A DNA stretch of 59,514 nucleotides, the filler included. It is 4 parts of 4 records of this genome, joined end to end, with 100 filler letters (N's around TTAATTAATTAA, not from the genome) between each part and the next. Parts side by side here need not be neighbours in the genome. Positions count along the whole stretch, not along the records: positions 27,674 to 52,434 come from DRR723986_6457; positions 52,535 to 59,514 come from DRR723986_6464; 2 more parts are not named here. One strand, given 5' to 3'. Of the stretch, positions 51,625 to 59,514 are shown in pieces; position 1 is the stretch's first letter; each line of letters begins with the position of its first letter. The notes under the pieces were generated by a model, which saw only the letters and a program-made list of their open reading frames with translations, was not told the origin of the DNA and did no database searches. A program made the translations under genes and the position numbers.

Positions 51625-52170
51625 TTAGCCAGGTATATAGTCAAATATGAAATGAATGCGCTCTTGGTCACTGTTATTCATAACGCCGTGCCGCATCTGA
51701 TTATTGATTTCGTAGGCATTTCCTACAGTCATCTCATGAGGGCGCCCTTCTATCATAAATCGTACCTTCTTGTTGGTTTTGATAGGTATATGAATTCGGT
51801 GTCCATGGTGAAATGAAGGATGGTTATCTGTATGGGTTTTTATATGTTTTCCGGGTAATAATTTGGCGGCTACGGCACGAATTATTGTGCCGCCTTTCGG
51901 GTAATGTTTTTCAATAATGTTATGCATGATTGGTAGGGCGAGCGGAGATAGTGAATCCCAAGAGGCGCCTTTTACAACATCTATGTTTGGCCAATCATCA
52001 TGATCGCAGAAAATCATAATTAGCGATTCTGTGTTGTAATGCACTTCAGCATATTTTTTTTGGCGAATGGCCTCTTCTTTCCAGGCAGGCTCGTCAAACG
52101 CCAAAATACGATCACGAAGTGCTTCAGTGTTGATCGGGCCGAGATCCTTTAAAGGTGTGCCAATGTCCAT
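51625..52170 (-). CDS. Aspartyl/asparaginyl beta-hydroxylase-like Fe(II)/2-oxoglutarate dioxygenase
   Basis: L.PG..I..HTD, RIHIPI.TN, EINN...HGV.N....RIH.IFD. Confidence 0.85.
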   Translation of the reverse strand: MDIGTPLKDLGPINTEALRDRILAFDEPAWKEEAIRQKKYAEVHYNTESLIMIFCDHDDWPNIDVVKGASWDSLSPLALPIMHNIIEKHYPKGGTIIRAVAAKLLPGKHIKTHTDNHPSFHHGHRIHIPIKTNKKVRFMIEGRPHEMTVGNAYEINNQMRHGVMNNSDQERIHFIFDYIPG

Positions 52171-52303
52171 TTTATGATCCTGTTGGCTTGGATTGAAGTC
52201 ATCAACTTTGCTTATTTTATTAGAAGCCTCAAGTTGAACTTACTAAATGGCCGAAAATAAACAAATATGCATAGAATAGAGAGTAAAAAACTTCGAATTA
52301 CCA

Positions 52304-52337
52304 TTCACTAAAATGAATAGTTGTTCATTTTAGTGAA
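52304..52337. promoter_or_regulatory. Perfect 14-bp inverted repeat, candidate operator in a divergent promoter region
   Basis: TTCACTAAAATGAA-TAGTTG-TTCATTTTAGTGAA. Confidence 0.6.
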
Positions 52338-52434
52338 AACACGCTTGAAAAAAAACGTGATCACGAGTTATGATGTTTGATGAAATAATTTTTAGCGCGT
52401 AAAACGCTATGCAGCATAAACATCGGGGGATACC

Positions 52435-52534
52435 NNNNNNNNNNNNNNNNNNNNNNNNNNNNNNNNNNNNNNNNNNNNTTAATTAATTAANNNNNNNNNN
52501 NNNNNNNNNNNNNNNNNNNNNNNNNNNNNNNNNN
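52435..52534. other. Artificial contig spacer
   Basis: N-run, TTAATTAATTAA, N-run. Confidence 0.99.
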
Positions 52535-52654
52535 GCGCTGACCGTGCTGGCCGGGGCCATATTCACGACGGTTCACTGGGGATTTAGCGCGGCCCCAGAT
52601 GTTTTCGCCCATGCGGCGATCAATTTTATGCTTGGCAGACGTACGTTTAGTCAC
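52535..52654 (-). CDS. rpsD: 30S ribosomal protein S4 (3'-truncated)
   Basis: GTG start with [49 protein letters not shown]. Confidence 0.97.
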
Positions 52655-52775
52655 GGCTGTTCTCCTTCTAAAAACGAAGCCCACCCCGAAACCGGTATGG
52701 GCTACTATGAAGGGCGTTGTCCTCTAGTCTATACAGACTTGACAGGAATCCCCTTGCGAGGGCCACCAACACCAA
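52655..52775 (-). promoter_or_regulatory. Structured 5' leader of rpsD
   Basis: GGTGTTG/CAACGCC closing stem enclosing CCCTC-GCAA-GGGG and AGTCT-GTAT-AGACT hairpins; AGCCCA...TGGGCT hairpin before the RBS. Confidence 0.55.
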
Positions 52776-52785
52776 TAGAGCCGCG

Positions 52786-52813
52786 CTTATATCTGCGCGG
52801 CCCTCAGAGTCAA
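52786..52813 (-). promoter_or_regulatory. Sigma70-type promoter of rpsD
   Basis: TTGACT-N16-TATAAG just upstream of the leader. Confidence 0.6.
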
Positions 52814-52840
52814 CACGGGATTGACCGAAATTTGAAAACC

Positions 52841-53905
52841 CTATGCCGCCTCGTGCCGCAGCAGTGCGGCCTCGGTGTGCGACAGGTTCCGACGTGCAAA
52901 TCCACCATACCCATGTGGGTCGCGATCCAAGCCCGGCAGATGCGCCAAAAGCCGGGTTCGGTCCGCGTCGGTCAAGGCATCCATAGACGCGTTTGCGGGA
53001 TGGTAACTCTCGGTTTCGACACCATTTGCCCAGAGGATTTGGTGACTGGGCAACAACAGGTGAATATAGGTGACCTGCCGAACAGACAGATCCACCCCAA
53101 CCGTTGTGCCATTGATCAGGTCACGAGCCGCCACCAGAACTTCGGGCGTGTTAAACAGCGCCTGAGCCGCGGCACCGCGCAACAGCATTCTGTGCGCGGG
53201 CGAGACCAACAATTCTGCATCAGGGCGATCAATGCCAAGCGCCCCTGCCCGAATACGGATCGGCCGCAACTTAGGCATGACGAACAGACGCGCGCCCGTC
53301 ATACGGCGGTTCCCGATCCATTGGATTTGCTGGGGGCCACTATCGCGCGTTTGGACCTTGTCACCTTCGCGCAATTCTTCGACCAGTCGCGGTCCCGTTG
53401 GTGTGGATATGCGCGTGCCCGGCGTAAAGCAGATCACCCCACCTTCGCCTAGGGCATCCTGCCCACGATCCGCGCCCGTCAATGAGTGATGAACCACCCA
53501 GAGATCCGTGTCGCGTGGTGGCATCTGATCAAGGAACATAAGCAAAGGCGTACCGCCATTTGCCACCTCGATCACTGTCACTGTATAGCTCTGCGCCCCG
53601 TTGGTTACGACAAAACTCTGATCCATCAGAGGGTCATCAACCTCGATCGCGTCTACATCTGTTCGATGCTGCACTGCCGCACCAACAAGCCGGCGCACTT
53701 TGCGCGCCGCCTTTTTCCGTAACGTATCTTCACCGTCCGCCTGATCCAAACGCAACAACCCTGCCGGGCCCTCTACACACACGGGTTCCCCGTGCCATGA
53801 CCATACTGCCCCCGCGGTGAGTGATTCCAAAGGGGCGGCCTCAAGGCCATCTAGATCTGTTTGCGCCCAGGAAATGACGAACGTGCCACGAAAGCCCGTC
53901 TTCAT
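52841..53905 (-). CDS. Hint (bacterial intein-like, Hint_2) domain protein
   Basis: GVICFTPGTRI.TP.G, LLVSPAHRML, YIHLLL..HQIL.ANG.ETES. Confidence 0.92.
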   Translation of the reverse strand: MKTGFRGTFVISWAQTDLDGLEAAPLESLTAGAVWSWHGEPVCVEGPAGLLRLDQADGEDTLRKKAARKVRRLVGAAVQHRTDVDAIEVDDPLMDQSFVVTNGAQSYTVTVIEVANGGTPLLMFLDQMPPRDTDLWVVHHSLTGADRGQDALGEGGVICFTPGTRISTPTGPRLVEELREGDKVQTRDSGPQQIQWIGNRRMTGARLFVMPKLRPIRIRAGALGIDRPDAELLVSPAHRMLLRGAAAQALFNTPEVLVAARDLINGTTVGVDLSVRQVTYIHLLLPSHQILWANGVETESYHPANASMDALTDADRTRLLAHLPGLDRDPHGYGGFARRNLSHTEAALLRHEAA

Positions 53906-54244
53906 CTGCCCGTATGCCTGCCATCATTATTTTTTTATTATTGATAGGTTAACAAAACAGTTCTCCGAAAGGAAGGTAATTGTTTCCAACCTTTTAGGCC
54001 GTGTTCTTAACGCCTCAGTTCGTCTCAGTTCGACATTTCACAGGCCCTGCAAAACCCCACAAAATTGACCTGCAATCAGGGTCAGAAAAGAAACTTTTCA
54101 CTACAAATACAACCACTTGATGTTGCACAGCTGACTACGAGCTCGCCCCATCCGCGCGAATCGAAGGCGGCAGCTATTGCCAGCACTCAAGAGGCCAGTT
54201 CCGAAGGCATCTTGGGCCAAATACAGGATTCTGAAGTCCCGAAA

Positions 54245-54838
54245 CGCATCTCGAGAGCATCCCCTATGTTACTGCTGGTGATCTCGAGCGCCCGAATTTC
54301 CAACGTTTCCTAGTCAATTCCTATATGACTCTTACGCCAAATACCTCGCTTTGTGCCGCCATGCTTGTCGGCATTCCACTCACCTTCACCCTCCGCATTG
54401 ATACCAGTGCTGTCGATCAAGGGGTTCAGTGGCCCAGTGCCGCCACGATATGGCAGGCTTACTTTCAGCGTTCGTTGACGGCGGCAAAGAGTGCTAAAAT
54501 CAGGCACCGTCCAATCCACACCAATGAACTGCAACAAGCTTTGCGCAAAACCAGTGGTCTGCCGCAATGGCAGTCCGAACAGCTCCTTCAAAGTGAGACA
54601 CGTATGGATCGCGGCGTCGCTGAAGTCCTGTTGCCGACCACGCCTGTCGCTCGGCGGAGGCAGCCAATCCATTTAGAGATCAAACCAAACGGGCAGCGAG
54701 CCATGGGGCTTCAAAAAACTGTCATTGTATGACGCCCGGTTTGTCGCCTGTATTCTAAAGGGGCCAACTGCTGGTACATTCCAGCTATTTTGCTGGATTC
54801 ATGACGTGAATACTTCAAGAGATCTGTGCAACAAAGCC
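54245..54838 (-). mobile_element. Decayed IS5-family (IS903 group) element: left end plus truncated transposase pseudogene
   Basis: Terminal GGCTTTGTTGCACAGATC at 54821-54838; GSL..WFD, RGRQQDFSDAAI, LPLRQTTG, PDFSTLCRR, IDSTG, WRK.H.GID with in-frame stops; no right end seen. Confidence 0.85.
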
Positions 54839-54897
54839 CAGCGATGTGCTGAAAAAGCTATTCGCCCAGCCAACCCTCTTCCGGCAATTGCTTTTGA

Positions 54898-55380
54898 TTA
54901 CTGGTGACTAGATTGGCAGGCTTTCACGGTTTCAATGGCTCTGCTGCTTCCGGTAAGATCGATCGCTTCAGAACCACCGCTATCACCAGAGATTGTTACC
55001 GATAACCGACGGCCAAATTCCGAAACAAATTCTGGGTTATTAAAGAAAGCGTACCCACCAGGTATCCCCTCCAGATAATCACCTAGTACTTCGCCTTGAA
55101 ATCTCGCGTCTCCAAAATCAAACAACAAGCTGCCGATTTCTCCTTCGACGACATCTGACCAGGCCTTGTTATAGGTTGCAAAAAACGCGCCTTTCCTGTC
55201 GGGCACAACCCCTACCTGTACAAGCGTCCCGCCTTCAAACGTCTTTTGCATGTAACAGCCATTGCCATTGTCCGGGTTCACTTTGATTGCCCAATCACCT
55301 GCTGTGCCAAAATCCTGATGAGTTTCGGCCAGAGCGCCAACAGCCCAAATACTAAAAACTAACATAAATCCTTTTTGCAT
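54898..55380 (-). CDS. Hypothetical secreted protein
   Basis: AGAGGG RBS, signal peptide ending ALA-E, GDW, GCY, C-terminal LTGSSRAI....ACQ. Confidence 0.7.
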   Translation of the reverse strand: MQKGFMLVFSIWAVGALAETHQDFGTAGDWAIKVNPDNGNGCYMQKTFEGGTLVQVGVVPDRKGAFFATYNKAWSDVVEGEIGSLLFDFGDARFQGEVLGDYLEGIPGGYAFFNNPEFVSEFGRRLSVTISGDSGGSEAIDLTGSSRAIETVKACQSSHQ

Positions 55381-55436
55381 AGATGTCCCTCTCTTCTGGT
55401 GTTCAGTTTTGCCAATCACGATGCGCAGACTTCGCA

Positions 55437-58154
55437 CTATTCCAGTTGCATGATATCTGGCCGACATAGCTCGCGATCCTCAGGCATCTCGTCGGCGCCA
55501 TCTGTCCTGACACTACGTGAACCGCCAACGTCCAGCTTGAATTTTGGCTCTGTCAGTTTTCCGGTCACATCAAATGGCCATGCGCTGCGCGCAAGTGGGT
55601 TGCCAACACGTCTCGGTTCCGCCCTGATAGCGATGCTGTCGCCAACCCAATCGACCTCCCCTTTGACAACCAGCTGAACACTGCGGGTTTCGGCGACAAT
55701 TGAATCGAAACTTAAACTGCCCCTATGTAAGCGAACAGGCGCTTTGACACAGACAATTTCAGTTTGACCAGCTGCCATTTCCTCAGAGAACAGCCACGGA
55801 AATATCCCAAGGCCGGCCAACTCGAGCAGGCTGGTCGCAATGGATCCAGCCCCCATGTTGAGGGACGCAGAGCCTGCCATTGAATTGATGAAAGCTTTTC
55901 CGGATGTGATATTTCCTGTGACATCAAACGCTGCGGTCAATGTGCCATGTGCCTCAATCCCCAGGCCCACAGCATCCAGGATCTTACCAAAGTCCCAACC
56001 GCTGGTAGAGCCGCTGACGCTCATCAAATTAGGATCCTCAATGGCATCCATCGACGCCATAACCTTGAAGAAACCGGGACCATAGTAAAGCTCAATTGGC
56101 CCGGCTTCAATCTGACCTTCTTTGGCGACAAATCTACTGCTCATTGAAGAAGTTCCGGCATCACCGACGAACTCTTTCAGCTCCATGCCAATTTCCAGAT
56201 CCGTTTCTGTCAGGATACGCTCTAAATCCAGAATGCCGCTTTTCTCCTCCAACACCAAAGGCTGGATTGGAGGGCGTTCTTCGATGGATGTTACTTCGTT
56301 CGCATCCTCGTTATCGGCCTCTCCCATGTAAGAAAGTTGAACTAAAACCCTGGCACCGCTCCGTAAATCCTCCAAACGGATACGGTCGCTTGAGATACCG
56401 CCTCGGATGACATTGATTTCCTTGCTAAGATCAAATGAAACTGAGGTTTTCAGGTCGCTGTCGCCTGCGCCGAACACAAGTTCCAAATCGATCGCCTCGG
56501 CTTGGCCTTTGAGAGACATGCCAAAATCAACGGCACCCACGTCTATGGTTTCTAGATTTAGTGCATCAAGGAAGCTGGCCGCATCCGAAATTGAAATTCC
56601 AATTGCAGCGTCTAGCCCATCAAGTTTCGTGACATCATCCACAGATACTTCTGCCCCCAATGACCAGAGTTCTGTATTTTCTGTCGTCGCACTGAGTTTG
56701 GTCAAACTTAGATGATCAGACTTATCAGAGATCACAAAATCAGCAGAGACACGACCAAACTTCGCGGCGTCTTCTTCACTTAGTGTTTTCAACAGCAGGT
56801 TAGCTGACCCAGCCAAGGTCCCTTCAAGATCTACAGATTTGAATTTGAAAATGTCTCCAATCGTTCCTGAAGCTACGATAAAAGGCGACTCGCTGGGGCC
56901 TGCCTGAATATGCACGCGCTCCAGTCCAAGTGTCTGGTTGTTGGTACGATAGATCCGGCCAATTGAGATAGGACCAACCTTGTCCAATCCCTGGTCAAAG
57001 GCGTTGGTCCGCACCACAAGTTCCTTGAACCCCAATTTACCATCCTGACTGACAATATGAGCCAGAATTTTGGTCAGTTTCAATTCCTTCAACGTGTCCG
57101 CATTGTTTGGCGGTTGGCCTTCCGGATGCAGACGGGCTTCGACTTTCACATCAAAGCCGGATCGGTCGAGCAAATTGTCAATATTGCCATCAACTTTGAT
57201 CTGCTGACCTTTGCTAAGGTCAAAGACAGACTGAAGGTTTTGAATCGCAAGCAATCCAGGTTGACTGGTGATGTCTGCGCTGACCGCGCCGGTGCCCTCA
57301 AAACCCGGCTCAAGACCAAGGACATCAAACACCTCCCCGATCTCGCCGGTATCGAGGGTGAGCTTAGCAGAATACCCGCCGCCCAGTTCTCTGTTGATCG
57401 CGCTCCCATTAAATAAAACTTCTATATCGCCGAACTTTAGCAAGTTGGTAAAAGGCTGACCTTCTGGGTACTTTCCATCCAGTGTAAATTCTTCGTCATT
57501 CACTGTGCCACTGCCGGTGACAGACACCAACTTGCCGCCTTCAAGCTGCTCAAGAAGAATAGAATCTAGATCAAAAACAAACTCGAATCCTGAGTTTTCA
57601 TCGAGAGATACCAAGCCAATATTTGTAAACGTAACTGTTTTGTCGCTGAGAAATTTGAATATAGAAGGAGCGTCCGAAAGCTCATCGTTTCTAAGCGGGG
57701 TTTCCTGTGTTGCAGCCCCTTCGACAACAGGATCTCTTGGCATATCCGGTTTCGGATCTCGTTTCACCCAACTCGTCGTTCCGTCAGCTGTTGTGATAGC
57801 GTTGGCTTGAAGCCCGTCAATAGTCAGGTTGTCGAGATCAAGCCGGCGGTCAAGCAAAGCCGGGAGGTTTAATTCCCATTCAAGCAGGCTCAACTCTGCG
57901 AGGTTAAGGCTTTCTATATTTGAACTGGGGATACGCACTTCACTGACGTGTACAAATGTCGTTCGCCCAAGAACGACCCGAACATCACCATCAATGATCA
58001 AGGGTTGGCCTATCTGGGCGGTGAGAATGTCACCAACAAAGGACTTTCGAAAGGGTGAGAAAAAGGGTGCGGCAAGGGCCAACCAAACCAGAACAATCAG
58101 AACAACAAGCAAGACCGCTGCCCATTTTGTGGTATTCAATACCCATCGCCTCAT
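55437..58154 (-). CDS. AsmA-family (bridge-like) envelope protein
   Basis: N-terminal TM, IGQPL.IDGD, beta-rich body, C-terminal C.....G......ET.....KG.VD and V.G.LTEP; GGAGAA RBS. Confidence 0.8.
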   Translation of the reverse strand: MRRWVLNTTKWAAVLLVVLIVLVWLALAAPFFSPFRKSFVGDILTAQIGQPLIIDGDVRVVLGRTTFVHVSEVRIPSSNIESLNLAELSLLEWELNLPALLDRRLDLDNLTIDGLQANAITTADGTTSWVKRDPKPDMPRDPVVEGAATQETPLRNDELSDAPSIFKFLSDKTVTFTNIGLVSLDENSGFEFVFDLDSILLEQLEGGKLVSVTGSGTVNDEEFTLDGKYPEGQPFTNLLKFGDIEVLFNGSAINRELGGGYSAKLTLDTGEIGEVFDVLGLEPGFEGTGAVSADITSQPGLLAIQNLQSVFDLSKGQQIKVDGNIDNLLDRSGFDVKVEARLHPEGQPPNNADTLKELKLTKILAHIVSQDGKLGFKELVVRTNAFDQGLDKVGPISIGRIYRTNNQTLGLERVHIQAGPSESPFIVASGTIGDIFKFKSVDLEGTLAGSANLLLKTLSEEDAAKFGRVSADFVISDKSDHLSLTKLSATTENTELWSLGAEVSVDDVTKLDGLDAAIGISISDAASFLDALNLETIDVGAVDFGMSLKGQAEAIDLELVFGAGDSDLKTSVSFDLSKEINVIRGGISSDRIRLEDLRSGARVLVQLSYMGEADNEDANEVTSIEERPPIQPLVLEEKSGILDLERILTETDLEIGMELKEFVGDAGTSSMSSRFVAKEGQIEAGPIELYYGPGFFKVMASMDAIEDPNLMSVSGSTSGWDFGKILDAVGLGIEAHGTLTAAFDVTGNITSGKAFINSMAGSASLNMGAGSIATSLLELAGLGIFPWLFSEEMAAGQTEIVCVKAPVRLHRGSLSFDSIVAETRSVQLVVKGEVDWVGDSIAIRAEPRRVGNPLARSAWPFDVTGKLTEPKFKLDVGGSRSVRTDGADEMPEDRELCRPDIMQLE

Positions 58155-58480
58155 ATTAGCTTCTCCCAAAACTGCCGCCAGGTGCGACGTTCAAATTCAC
58201 AAAACCTATGGTCTGATTGCGGGCATCATAGGCATTTTCGTTGTTCAAAAAGGTGCGTCCCGCAATCAAGATACGAAGGAAGGATACCGTTCCGTCAGCA
58301 AAGCGTTGCGCACAACTGTCAATGCTTGCTCTGAGGAAGCGACCGCTTTCCGTTCTGACTTGGCAGCCATTTCGCGAAGTTTATCCGAAGCCGCCTTGCC
58401 CAATGGGCCCCACACTAAAACCAGCGCCGCAACAAAACCGCAAAACCACCGAGAGGCACCTTGCCCAAACATCACGAGTA

Positions 58481-58992
58481 TCACGTTAGCTTTTCAAGCG
58501 TTTCCGAAATTGCTTCCTCCGCGTGCTCAGGTGTTTCGTAAATTTCCTTGAGCCAGCCCGACAGCTTGCCAGCTACTTCTTTGTTTAACCCGATGCCTTC
58601 CGGAACAGTGCTAACACGGGATGGGTTGTGGCCATCTATGTTAAAGGCACCACACTTGTTCAGCTTTCGTTTAAGATCATTGTGTAGCTTCGACGTGTCC
58701 AAGGCAACCTGATCTGCGAAAGCCAGAAGATCATCGACAGCTTTGGGTTTGTGGACTTGTCACGGTTTGGGTTAGCCTCGAAGACCTGAGACCGAGCTTT
58801 ATCAACCGGGCTCCAGGTGAAGCCCCGCTGGAAGTCAGCGAACATGTTGATCGTTCCCGTCGGATGCACCGAAATCACCTTGAGAATATTCTTGGCTTTC
58901 TGATTGCCGGATTGCTCTTTCTGGTCGCGAATCCAAACCTCCTGCTTCCATAGGTACTGATGTATGGCTTCGTACTGGCCCTGCTTGCTCAT
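58481..58992 (-). pseudogene. Probable frameshifted hypothetical gene
   Basis: ORF MSKQGQYEA... continues in another frame as KPKAVDDLLAFADQVALDTSKLHNDL...TLEKLT; shift near 58741-58762. Confidence 0.45.
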
Positions 58993-59134
58993 TTTGCGGC
59001 ATACGCGTCGAAGCAATCACATGAAGTCCTAACGACTTTTCACACCATCGGCTCATTGATAGTTACCCTTAAGGCCGCTCACGTGTTGTGGTCAGTGCAT
59101 ACCTCATGAAAAGAAATTGTCGCTAGCCTCGGAG

Positions 59135-59514
59135 AAGCAGCGGCTTTCGAAGGATCAGTTCGTGGACAGCAGCGTCGTCCGCATTGCGGTCACTTGGTAT
59201 CTCAACTTGCTGCGCTCAAAGCCCAATGTTGGCTTTGGACAAGCTGCGCTGCGGCGTTCGAAACGTTGATGAACAGCCGCTTAGGGCCGCTCGCCGAACT
59301 TTGCAAAGTCCACTACTGCGCAAAAAGTTGACGCTCGCCTGGTCCTGCCAGCGTTGGTTGGGTGATGGAAACTGTTAGATGACCGCTTACTGCCCAAAGT
59401 GACCGATGCGAAGCGAGGTTGGCTCTCGTTGCCGCACATGCACAAAACGCGACTCGACTTTCCGGAAACGGACATTCAAGCTGTCAAACGCGGCTTTTTG
59501 CCCTCAATGTCGGC
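59135..59514. repeat. Non-coding tract of short degenerate palindromic motifs
   Basis: CCGCA-T-TGCGG, AAAGCC-N7-GGCTTT, GCTGCGC twice, CCGCTTA twice, CGGACATT and AATGTCGGC; no credible ORF. Confidence 0.45.

Noticed and set aside
52544-53452. 302-aa plus-strand ORF
   Set aside because: Antisense to rpsD, its leader and the Hint gene.
53936-53953. Possible CtrA site upstream of the Hint gene
   Set aside because: Only TTAAC plus an imperfect second half-site in AT-rich DNA.
58266-58484. 72-aa minus-strand ORF with a hydrophobic N-terminus upstream of asmA
   Set aside because: Could be a small exported protein or a remnant, but no motif supports a call.

Overview
The window is four unlinked contigs joined by artificial 100-nt spacers (N-run + TTAATTAATTAA + N-run at 20869-20968, 27574-27673, 52435-52534), so adjacency across spacers has no biological meaning. 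Contig 1 (1-20868, Roseobacter-group-like) is a Wzx-type polysaccharide locus physically fused to a PPTase, a formyltransferase/monooxygenase-interrupted NRPS module, a type I PKS, three glycosyltransferases and two SGNH-like proteins. Contig 2 (20969-27573) is the ordinary dcw cluster (rsmH-ftsL-ftsI-murE-murF-mraY). Contig 3 (27674-52434, mostly more AT-rich, probably another organism) has an RTX protein and an att/tRNA-like scar. These are followed by an all-exported cluster (degenerate aldolase, HiPIP lipoprotein, triheme cytochrome c, DUF1592/DUF1552 pair, two secreted proteins), fpr, a VPS10/BNR protein, an FeS photolyase with DUF2256, an FGE-family gene behind a sulfatase remnant, and a TetR / TPR-sulfotransferase / beta-propeller / Asp-Asn hydroxylase module. 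Contig 4 (52535-59514) has the 5' end of rpsD with a structured leader, a Hint-domain gene, an IS5 remnant, an AsmA-family gene and decayed accessory DNA. The best candidates for undescribed systems are the NRPS/PKS-decorated polysaccharide locus and the HiPIP-cytochrome c-DUF1592/DUF1552 periplasmic redox cluster. All family calls come from motif recognition by eye, with no database searches.
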